IMG/VR virus record: IMGVR_UViG_3300048822_000004
Location: 1-54,261 of that record
Direction: 5' to 3' (one strand)
Length of the DNA stretch: 54,261 bases
From: a virus
Lineage: Duplodnaviria > Caudoviricetes
The notes under the pieces were generated by a model. That model did not search any database, was not told where the DNA came from, and saw only the letters and a list, made by a program, of their open reading frames with translations. Within the stretch, counting starts at the first letter, position 1. The number at the start of each line of letters is the position of its first letter. The translations under genes were made by a program, and so were the position numbers. Of this stretch, positions 37,569 through 45,868 are shown one piece after another.

Positions 37569-39922
37569 TGGCTAATGTTAAGTTAGATTTTTCTAAGATG
37601 CGACATGTCTCGACTGACGAGCATACTACTACACTTAAGCATCCAGATGGCCATGAAATCCGATTAAGTCATAAATCACTGTCTCCTGATAACCAAAAAG
37701 CCCTTGCTGCTCTAGCTAAGATGTCGTCTCAAGCCCAGACGCCGCTTCAAGCCAATCAAGCCTCACAGCAAATGGCTGAGGGCGGACGAATAAAAGCTGC
37801 TTGGGGCTTTGGATCAAACCCAGTCTCCGATGATCCGAGCTCACCTAAATACGACCACAGTGAAGCCGTCGGTAAATATGGAGTGGATGCTGCTAATACC
37901 CGTGAAATCCGAAGTATGCACGGTCAAGATCTCGAGACAGGAGATCCAATAGTACAAACTGCGCCGGCTCCATCAGCACTAGTAAACAGAATGCCGGCAT
38001 CAGACACTCCTGCTCCCCAATCTAATGCAAAAGGCGGAGAAATCTCGCCTATGAGCATGCCCACGACTGTTACAGGGCAAGCCAAGGGCGGTATTCAAAG
38101 TCTTAGCGAACCTGGACACCCTGGTGATACGACTTGTCAAGCCTGCGGCGGTCCTATCCGTAAAGCCTATGCCGATCCAGACCAGCCCGTTTCTCAAGAT
38201 GACAGCGCTCCTCAAGTACCGACTAATTTAGATCCAGACTCTGCAGGTGTTCCAGCCTCTGTTCCTAATTACAGAGATCCACAGCAGGCTACTTCAGAGC
38301 CTATTTCAAAAGAAGATCCTGACAGGGCTAGAACTAAAGAAATATACAATAGAATGATGAGTAACGTTATTCCTAAAGGTATGACAGCTCCCATTGCTAT
38401 TGCCCAGTTTGGTAAGGATGGGCAGTCTCCTCAGCAGTTCAATTCTAATAATTGGATAAAAGCACAAAAACAAGAAACTGACGAAAAAGCGGTGAATGCT
38501 GCTGCCATCTCTCAGCAACAGCAAGACATAATTAAAGAAAATCAAGCCCGCGTAAGTGCAGGTTTAGCGCCTCTACCGGTTCCTGACGTGCCGAATGGTC
38601 CTCAAATCCCAGGCACGCCTGAGAATCCTCCAGAACCTAACGCGATTAATCCTTCAGGTCAGCCTGTCGATGCCATAGATCAGGGCACTCAGAACATGCT
38701 CACGATGTCTAACCAAGGGTTTATGAGACAATTGCTTGGTATAGAAGGCACAGGCGCTGCTCAAAGCCAATTCGCACAGCAGCAAGCCAAGATTTATGAT
38801 ACACAAGCCAAGGCAGAGAGAAACATCCTGAATAACTATCAAGATGCCTACCATAGCATTGATGGTGAAATGAATGCCGTGAGAGATGATATCGCTAATA
38901 ACCATATCACACCTGAGAAATATTGGACGGGCGATAAAGACGGCAACGGAAGCCACAGTAAAATAGCTAGTGCTATAGGTATGATAATCGCAGGATTTAA
39001 TCCTACTAATAAGCCTAATGCAGCAATTGATTTCCTTAAGTTCAATATGGAACAGAATCTTAAGGCGCAAGCCGCGGAAATGACTAAGAAACAAAATGTT
39101 CTTACGTCTCTCCAGAATAAGTTCCGCAATATGAACGATACCATGAACTTCGCTAGACTTACGAATGCCCAGATGGCATATGCTCAACTCCAGAAAGCAG
39201 CAGCCAATGCTACTGGCGGACCTAATGGACTTGCAGCTATGGAAGCATTACAGAAGGGCGGAGCACTCCTTCAACAATATGCTCCTCTCCAGCAAAAAAT
39301 CGCTATGTCTCAAACCATGATGCATATGGCGGCTAACTCTACAGGTGATCCAGACCTTGAGGTTGCGCAGTCTAATAAGATGGCTCGTTATGCCACGGCT
39401 TTAGGTGACACAGCTATGGCTAAACAATGGCAAGACGCCACAGTCCCCGGCGTAGGTGTTACTCGTAACCTTGCGCCTGTACCCGATGCTGTTAAAACCC
39501 AAATCTCTACGCATAAAACCGTTAGTGATATAATGAATCAAGCCCTTGAGATTGCCAAACAGCCTATTCCTACAAATCCGGCTGAGTATGCCAAATATGA
39601 AGCCCGCGCTTCTACTATTCAGGGCCAGCTTATAGGCATGGTGAAACAAGCCCAGCATGACGGCGTATATAAGCCTTCAGAAGCAGAATTTCTTACTTCT
39701 CAAATAGGCGGAAGTCCAGGTTCTATTTTCAGAAATTTCAGCGCTATTCCTAAGATCGAAGAGCTTCAGGAAGTCAAGCAAAACGAGTATAACAACCTCC
39801 TTCATACCTATAATCTGCCTACTCGTCAACTCCCTAAAGCTACACAACAGCCTCAGACTAAGACAGTTAATGGCGTGACTTATAGACGCGGTCCTAACGG
39901 CGAAGCCATTCCAGTCAAATAA
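37568..39922 (+). CDS. Internal virion/ejection protein 2
   Basis: Position; P/Q-rich then helical; AxGG motifs. Confidence 0.68.
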   Translation: MANVKLDFSKMRHVSTDEHTTTLKHPDGHEIRLSHKSLSPDNQKALAALAKMSSQAQTPLQANQASQQMAEGGRIKAAWGFGSNPVSDDPSSPKYDHSEAVGKYGVDAANTREIRSMHGQDLETGDPIVQTAPAPSALVNRMPASDTPAPQSNAKGGEISPMSMPTTVTGQAKGGIQSLSEPGHPGDTTCQACGGPIRKAYADPDQPVSQDDSAPQVPTNLDPDSAGVPASVPNYRDPQQATSEPISKEDPDRARTKEIYNRMMSNVIPKGMTAPIAIAQFGKDGQSPQQFNSNNWIKAQKQETDEKAVNAAAISQQQQDIIKENQARVSAGLAPLPVPDVPNGPQIPGTPENPPEPNAINPSGQPVDAIDQGTQNMLTMSNQGFMRQLLGIEGTGAAQSQFAQQQAKIYDTQAKAERNILNNYQDAYHSIDGEMNAVRDDIANNHITPEKYWTGDKDGNGSHSKIASAIGMIIAGFNPTNKPNAAIDFLKFNMEQNLKAQAAEMTKKQNVLTSLQNKFRNMNDTMNFARLTNAQMAYAQLQKAAANATGGPNGLAAMEALQKGGALLQQYAPLQQKIAMSQTMMHMAANSTGDPDLEVAQSNKMARYATALGDTAMAKQWQDATVPGVGVTRNLAPVPDAVKTQISTHKTVSDIMNQALEIAKQPIPTNPAEYAKYEARASTIQGQLIGMVKQAQHDGVYKPSEAEFLTSQIGGSPGSIFRNFSAIPKIEELQEVKQNEYNNLLHTYNLPTRQLPKATQQPQTKTVNGVTYRRGPNGEAIPVK

Positions 39923-39930
39923 GGTGAATA

Positions 39931-42675
39931 ATGGACTTTGATAGTCTACCTAATGATGCTGCAACACCTGCTACGCCTACACCTGCTCCAACTGGAACGC
40001 CTACACAGAATACGCAGCCCCCAGTTAGTTTTGACTCCTTGAAAGACGACTCAGAAACCTATGGAACACCAGGTCAGCAAGCCATTGCAGGTTTGGAAGG
40101 CGTAGGTCGTGGTCTATTAGGACCTTTAGCTACAGGAGCTGAGCGGATATTTGATGTACCAGCCCAGGATATCTTGGCTCGTCAAAAGGCTAATCCCTGG
40201 ACTGCAGGTATAGGCGAAGCCGCAGGTCTTACAGGAGGGCTGCTTACAGGCACAGGCGAGGCCGCCTTGATGACCAAGGCAGGCGAGCTAGGTGTGGAAG
40301 GCCTGGGGCTTGCTACGAAGGCTGGTGAGGCTACTAGCCTTGCCCATAAGATAGGCTCATCTGCTGTGCAGCAAGCCATAGAGATGGGCGTACTGTCAGG
40401 TTCAGATGAGACTAGTAAGCTTATCTTGCAAGATCCCAACACCAGTGCCGAGTCAGCATTAGCTAATATAGGAATAGGTTCAGCTATAGGGGCAGCATTT
40501 GGTGCTACAGGCGCTGTGGTTAGTCCTTTATGGAAGGCTACGTTTGGTCCTAAGCTAGAGGAATTCCTTAATGCAGCTAAGAACCAAGTAGACGGAAAAA
40601 GCATGATAGCCCTTTCTGAGGGCGTCAGTAAAGACCTAGAGACATTGGGTGTAAATCCCACAGCCCTTCAGCGTGCCGACCTTTCCGATACGCCATTCGT
40701 TACTGATAAAGTAGCTAATCTTAAGCGTTCCGAGAATGCCTCAATGCTTGCCGAACAGGAAGCTTTGAAAAAGCAAGTCTCTGATTCCGTGCTACAGCCT
40801 TTAGGCTCCAATTTAGAAGATCTCAAAGTCTACGATAACGATGATGCGGGACGTCAAATCGCAGGTAAGATCAACGATAAGATCAAGGAAACTTTTGAGC
40901 CTCTCTGGAAAGGCATGGACGAACGCAATGCCACGGCAGCTAAACTACCTACTTCGGATGATTCAAAGTTGGCACTAATGGATAGACTTAGAGAGCGAGG
41001 TGTAACGGACTTCGCTCCTAATTCACCGCATGCCGATCTATTCTACGATGCCGGTGAGAGACAACTCTCTTTTAAAACCATTGCAGACTTTGATAAATAC
41101 GATTCAGAACTTCGTGGCGCCTTAAGTAAGGCATCTCGTTCCGGCGACTTTGAAGAAGCCAAGGCCTATTCAACTATCCGAAATATGCTTAAAGACTATA
41201 AAAACCAAGTCATCGCATCGTCGGCAGATAATGCCGAACGGGCAGGTGTTATAGGCGCAGGAGATGCAGGCGCTAACCTCATCGCATCTCGCAATGCCTT
41301 AAATAAAGAATACGCCATGGCTGAGGCTGTACGCGAACAGCTCGGAGATCATTTCAATATAAATTCTAGGAATTCCAGAGATTTCATGAAACAGCTCACA
41401 GAGAATATGACACCTGAACAGGTCCTAAAGAAATTCTCGATTAAAAACAACATGGACGGGGCTAGATTCTTACAAGAGAATTTTCCTGAAGCATTTCAAG
41501 AAGTAATCAAGAATGAACGTCGCGCAATCCTTAAACCAGCCATAAACGAAGCTGGAGATATAAACGTAAATAAACTAGGAACCATCATAGACAAGACTAA
41601 GGCTGGTAAAGACTCTTATCTCAAAACGATACTACCTCAGGAATTCCTAGATAGAGCAGAAGCTGGTAGCCGTGTGTTGAAACAAATCACTAGCCCTAGA
41701 GACAGCGGCACACCCGCAGGTCTATGGGGAATTGTAAAGCATTTAGGCGGCTCTGCTATGGGAGCTGCAGGTCTTTTAATGGGCCATAATCCTTTGGCAT
41801 ACGTAGTGGCTGGTGAAGCCGCAGCGCGTCTTGGCAAGGAAGGCCCAGAGGCAGCTAGGCTTGCACTACTTCGTTTCATGGGATCTACAGAACCTATCGA
41901 CGCTCCTGGCTTTAAAGCCATGGCTAACTTCATTAGTAATGTAAAAAAGAACCAAGACACCCTGTCCAACGCCGTTAAAAATACCCTGAAGCCAGGCGCA
42001 ATGGTATTGGCTCGTAATGCCATACCTGATAGTTCGGATAGAGAAAAACTAGAGAAATCACTTAGTAAAGTCCAAAATCAGCCCAATCAGTTCGCGCAAG
42101 GCCAGAATAGTGAACTCGGTCATTACATGCAACAACACCAGCAAGCCGTCTCAGCCACGCAAACCAGAGTTGCTCAATACCTACAAAACTTAAAGCCTAA
42201 GACTAATCAGCCTGGTGTTTTAGATAAGACTATAGAGCCTACAAAGGCAGAGAAGTCTCGTTATGCCAGAGCACAAGACATCGCTATTAATCCCAATGTA
42301 GTACTTGCTCGCATCAAGAATGGCTCGCTTCAAGCTTCTGATATCCAAGATCTAAACGGCATGTATCCTGGTCTTTATAACCAGATGATGCAAAAGCTCA
42401 CTAATGAAATAGGGAGTATGCAATCCGAGAATGGCATGATTCCGTACAAGACCAGGATGTCTTTAAGCCTATTCCTAGGTAATCCTTTAGACGCTACAAT
42501 GCAGCCCATGTCTATACAATCCGCACAGATGGCATTACAGCCCCAGCAACAGCCACAACAACAGGGTAAGCCTAAGAAAGTAACTAAAGAAGCCGGCAAA
42601 GGACTTCAAAAAGGTGCGGTTAAGTATCAGACTTCTGATCAGGCGGCTGAGTCGGATCGATCTTCTCGAGAATAG
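39931..42675 (+). CDS. Internal virion/ejection protein 3
   Basis: 914 aa, helical, G/A-rich hydrophobic segments. Confidence 0.68.
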   Translation: MDFDSLPNDAATPATPTPAPTGTPTQNTQPPVSFDSLKDDSETYGTPGQQAIAGLEGVGRGLLGPLATGAERIFDVPAQDILARQKANPWTAGIGEAAGLTGGLLTGTGEAALMTKAGELGVEGLGLATKAGEATSLAHKIGSSAVQQAIEMGVLSGSDETSKLILQDPNTSAESALANIGIGSAIGAAFGATGAVVSPLWKATFGPKLEEFLNAAKNQVDGKSMIALSEGVSKDLETLGVNPTALQRADLSDTPFVTDKVANLKRSENASMLAEQEALKKQVSDSVLQPLGSNLEDLKVYDNDDAGRQIAGKINDKIKETFEPLWKGMDERNATAAKLPTSDDSKLALMDRLRERGVTDFAPNSPHADLFYDAGERQLSFKTIADFDKYDSELRGALSKASRSGDFEEAKAYSTIRNMLKDYKNQVIASSADNAERAGVIGAGDAGANLIASRNALNKEYAMAEAVREQLGDHFNINSRNSRDFMKQLTENMTPEQVLKKFSIKNNMDGARFLQENFPEAFQEVIKNERRAILKPAINEAGDINVNKLGTIIDKTKAGKDSYLKTILPQEFLDRAEAGSRVLKQITSPRDSGTPAGLWGIVKHLGGSAMGAAGLLMGHNPLAYVVAGEAAARLGKEGPEAARLALLRFMGSTEPIDAPGFKAMANFISNVKKNQDTLSNAVKNTLKPGAMVLARNAIPDSSDREKLEKSLSKVQNQPNQFAQGQNSELGHYMQQHQQAVSATQTRVAQYLQNLKPKTNQPGVLDKTIEPTKAEKSRYARAQDIAINPNVVLARIKNGSLQASDIQDLNGMYPGLYNQMMQKLTNEIGSMQSENGMIPYKTRMSLSLFLGNPLDATMQPMSIQSAQMALQPQQQPQQQGKPKKVTKEAGKGLQKGAVKYQTSDQAAESDRSSRE

Positions 42676-42862
42676 GATCTACTGAAATTCCTTTGTAATT
42701 CGCTATATTAGCTTGTACGCATTCTTTTGCTTTTTCTAGACTGTCGAATTCCAAATTCTTACCGAATACATTATTACCTATACGCCAGCCATGTTCTTCA
42801 TAAAAGAACTCTACTAGGAATTTAGAATCAAGGTTTTTTATTCTTAGTTTTATTGGTTTCAT
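42620..42862 (-). CDS. Hypothetical protein
   Basis: Just downstream of a minus-strand sigma70 promoter; overlaps the 3' end of 39931..42675. Confidence 0.55.
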   Translation of the reverse strand: MKPIKLRIKNLDSKFLVEFFYEEHGWRIGNNVFGKNLEFDSLEKAKECVQANIANYKGISVDPILEKIDPTQPPDQKSDT

Positions 42863-42873
42863 TGGCTTTAAAT

Positions 42874-42933
42874 ATAATAGCTTATCTGCGTTTAAATGTC
42901 AATTAGGACTGTATCACAATATGAACCCTAGAG
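42874..42933. repeat. 60-bp direct repeat, copy 1 (divergent promoter cassette; late motif variant GGACTGTATCACAAT)
   Basis: Two mismatches to 43482..43541; holds minus-strand TTGACA-N17-TATTAT. Confidence 0.9.
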
Positions 42934-42962
42934 AGCGTCACATCTACGCCTCGCTATATTAA

Positions 42963-43466
42963 TTACTCATTGATGTTATAAATTATTCTTTCAATTCTGT
43001 GTAGATTTCGTAGCATATCCTCTAATTTTTCATAATACTCTTTTAATTTATTGCCTCTGGCCACGTAGGCCGCGTAGGCCGCGTAGGCCACGTAGGCCAC
43101 GTAGGCCGCGTGGGCCGCGCTGTAGGCCGCGCTGCTGGCCGCGCTGTAGGCCGCGCTGTGTGCCGCGTGGGCCGCGCTGCTGGCCGCGTAGGCCGCGTGG
43201 GCCGCGCTGCTGGCCGTGCTGCTGGCCGCGCTGTAGGCCGCGCTGTGTGCCGCGCTGTAGGCTGCTTCTATTTCTGATTGAGTGGCTTGGCCTTTAATAA
43301 AAGCCTCTGTAATAGCTAGGGCTTTATGGCATTTATTGTAGATGTTTTTATCTTTAATATTATGGAGTTGGTCTCTAGCGCAGTACAGCGCAAAAGCAAC
43401 ATATATTGGTTTTGGCGATTTATTGAGTAGGTTTTCTATTTCTTCGAAATAATCAATTTTTGCCAT
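42963..43466 (-). CDS. Ala-rich repeat protein, copy 2, with tag IERIIYNI
   Basis: Paralog of 24673..25191; RBS GGAGG; own sigma70 promoter. Confidence 0.8.
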   Translation of the reverse strand: MAKIDYFEEIENLLNKSPKPIYVAFALYCARDQLHNIKDKNIYNKCHKALAITEAFIKGQATQSEIEAAYSAAHSAAYSAASSTASSAAHAAYAASSAAHAAHSAAYSAASSAAYSAAHAAYVAYVAYAAYAAYVARGNKLKEYYEKLEDMLRNLHRIERIIYNINE

Positions 43467-43481
43467 TAATCCTCCAAAAAC

Positions 43482-43541
43482 ATAATAGCTTATCTGCGTT
43501 TAAATGTCAAATAGGACTGTATCGCAATATGAACCCTAGAG
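43482..43541. repeat. 60-bp direct repeat, copy 2 (minus-strand sigma70 promoter plus late motif at 43514..43528)
   Basis: ATAATAGCTTATCTGCGTTTAAATGTCAAATAGGACTGTATCGCAATATGAACCCTAGAG. Confidence 0.9.
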
Positions 43542-43572
43542 TTTATAAGCTCTTATCCCACAAGGAAGGCAT

Positions 43573-43944
43573 ATGGCATCTCGCCCTTTAGCTGGCCCCT
43601 ACTCCGTTATAACGAACGCCAGCATGACTACAAGCGTCACATCTACGCCAACTATAATCCAAAATCTATCAATGATCGGCTATGATATCTCATGGACCGG
43701 CACGCCTACAGGCACATTTTCAATACAAATATCAAATACTTATGCTCTTAACGCCGCTGGAGTAGTGACTAACCCCGGCGATTGGACTACCGTTACTCTC
43801 AGCACAGTACCAGCTGCTACAGGCAGTCCAGGAAACGGTTTCATCGACATTGACGCTATGAGTGCCTATGCTATTCGCCTTGTTTATACCGCTGTTTCAG
43901 GCACAGGCGTCTTAAACGCAGTAGTTTCAGCTAAGGTTACATAA
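43573..43944 (+). CDS. Small beta-sandwich virion protein (paralog of 45469)
   Basis: WTG.P.G.F.IQ.SN...W...RL.YTA.SGTG. Confidence 0.7.
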   Translation: MASRPLAGPYSVITNASMTTSVTSTPTIIQNLSMIGYDISWTGTPTGTFSIQISNTYALNAAGVVTNPGDWTTVTLSTVPAATGSPGNGFIDIDAMSAYAIRLVYTAVSGTGVLNAVVSAKVT

Positions 43945-45461
43945 TGAGTCAGTTCTACGCTAAATACCCTGTATTAGGGGGCACAGGTGTTACTGGTCTG
44001 AATGGTTTGACAGGCTCCCTTACCCTTGTAGCTGGCGCTGGTATATCTGTTACTCCTTCTGGCACTAACATTACTATTACTAATACATCGCCTAGCTTAG
44101 GCGGAACTGTAACGAACTTCTCTTTTACTAATGGGAACGGCTTTACAGGTACCGTAACTAATCCTACTACGACTCCTGCCTTATCTCTTACTGGAAGGCT
44201 GACAGGAGATATTACTGGAACACTTACAGCCACGGCTTTAACAGCTACGACTAATAGCACACTCACAACGCTTTCGGCATTGTCATTGCCGTATTCTCAA
44301 TTAACTGGAGCTCCTACACCTCTGACTTTTACTTTGCCTCTTGTAAACACGTCCGGAACAGTTTCAGCAAACGTTTTTACTGGGCCGCCGCTTATTACAG
44401 GAGCTATCACATGGACGGCAGTTACAGGCGCTACGACTGGTTCTGGCGGGAGTATTACAGATACCGCTACTAGCGGATGGGGAAATTCAGGCGCGTTTTC
44501 ATCTCAAAGCTTTACGAGTGGCAGCATTATTTCCTTTACTTTTTTGGCGGGAACTGTAGGACTTTGCGGATTTAGTGCCACTAACACAGGTAATGCAGAT
44601 ACCGATGTACAATTCGGAATTAATTTCTCAAGCGGCTATGCAATTATTTATGAAAATGCAGTAAATAAATATTCTATAGGTCCAAGCACAACATCGGATG
44701 TCTTTAGTATTCAATTGTATTTAGGACAAGTAACCTATTATAAGAATGGTACTCTTGTTTATACTTCTTTAGCAGTGCCAGCTTCTACGCTGTATGGTAA
44801 GACTTCAATTCACGATAACGGTACTGGTCTTTCATCTGCATCTTTCAGTATGCCAGGAGTAACTAATGGCACTAGTGGTATCGTACCAGCGCCGCTTGCA
44901 GGTCAAGAAAATTACTTTTTACAAGGAAATGGTAGTTGGGGCTTAGTTCCTTCAAGTTATGCAAACCAAAGTCTTTCGAACTTGACGTCTCCTACGTCAG
45001 TAGGACAGGATTTACTATCGAACGGTACTACGATGTTAGGCGAACTCGGAACGCCTTGGCCTAATGAATACATCACTACATTATCCGTAACCTCTGCGGG
45101 TTACGTTTGGGGTACTCTTAATTCTAATGTAAACACAGGATTCGGTATACAAAGTATGTTTCCTGGGAATAGCGCTAACCCAGGTGGGCCACTTTCTATA
45201 ACTACTATTAATACACCTACTTATGCGTCAGGCAATATTACTATAGCAACAGGCAATGCATCTAGTTCTACTTCTGGTAATATAGTGCTACAAACAGGAA
45301 CGGCTTCTACTACTAGAGGCTCGATTCAGCTAAACGCCTTGTATGCTGTACTGCCTATGCAAACTACAGATCCTACAGGGACAGCGGGTGCTATTTACTA
45401 TAACACTACTAGCAATACGATTAGATGGTATAACGGAACTGTCTGGGCTACTTTAGTTTAA
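43944..45461 (+). CDS. Tail fibre with a lectin/SPRY-like central domain
   Basis: T/S/G-rich repeats; W...GAFS...V.YYKNG.LVYTS; C-terminal GAIYYNT......YNG..W. Confidence 0.7.
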   Translation: MSQFYAKYPVLGGTGVTGLNGLTGSLTLVAGAGISVTPSGTNITITNTSPSLGGTVTNFSFTNGNGFTGTVTNPTTTPALSLTGRLTGDITGTLTATALTATTNSTLTTLSALSLPYSQLTGAPTPLTFTLPLVNTSGTVSANVFTGPPLITGAITWTAVTGATTGSGGSITDTATSGWGNSGAFSSQSFTSGSIISFTFLAGTVGLCGFSATNTGNADTDVQFGINFSSGYAIIYENAVNKYSIGPSTTSDVFSIQLYLGQVTYYKNGTLVYTSLAVPASTLYGKTSIHDNGTGLSSASFSMPGVTNGTSGIVPAPLAGQENYFLQGNGSWGLVPSSYANQSLSNLTSPTSVGQDLLSNGTTMLGELGTPWPNEYITTLSVTSAGYVWGTLNSNVNTGFGIQSMFPGNSANPGGPLSITTINTPTYASGNITIATGNASSSTSGNIVLQTGTASTTRGSIQLNALYAVLPMQTTDPTGTAGAIYYNTTSNTIRWYNGTVWATLV

Positions 45462-45468
45462 AGGACAT

Positions 45469-45867
45469 ATGAGTAAAAAAGATTCTACCCCTATAATGAA
45501 CGCCGCCTTAGGTAATGGAACATTGCCAGCCACAGGTACTGTTAATTCAATCGGCATAGAGATCAATCAACTCTACTCATGGTCGATACAAGCCGAATGG
45601 ACTGGCGCGCCTGTAGGAGTATTTCAAATCCAAGTATCTAATGATATCGTGCCCTTAGCGCCTTCTACTAGCAATCCCGTAGGACCTGATCCGGCGGCTT
45701 TAGTTACGAATTGGAGTAATTACACTAATTCCCAGGTAACAACTCTAGGAACTTCAGGCAACTGGACGTGGATTGCAGGGTTAGCGGCTTATAAATGGGT
45801 GCGTCTAAGCTATACGGCTACTTCTGGTACAGGCACAGTAACAGCTAACTTCTTCGCTAAAGGCTAA
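45469..45867 (+). CDS. Small beta-sandwich virion protein (paralog of 43573)
   Basis: WTGAPVGVFQIQVSN...WVRLSYTATSGTG. Confidence 0.7.
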   Translation: MSKKDSTPIMNAALGNGTLPATGTVNSIGIEINQLYSWSIQAEWTGAPVGVFQIQVSNDIVPLAPSTSNPVGPDPAALVTNWSNYTNSQVTTLGTSGNWTWIAGLAAYKWVRLSYTATSGTGTVTANFFAKG

Positions 45868-45868
45868 T

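Noticed and set aside
42620-42700. LEKID in 42620..42862 as an eighth tag
   Set aside because: Only a partial match (no IY/DI) and it lies in an overlap with another gene.
24673-43466. Diversity-generating retroelement (TR/VR pair)
   Set aside because: No reverse transcriptase in the window; both copies are full genes and differ mainly in repeat-unit order.
42874-43510. GCAGATAA in the minus-strand promoters as sigma28 -10 boxes
   Set aside because: No TAAA -35 at the required spacing; treated as sigma70 only.
13540-43528. 15-bp repeats as att sites or CRISPR repeats
   Set aside because: No integrase; copies are widely dispersed and sit at operon heads, which fits a promoter better.
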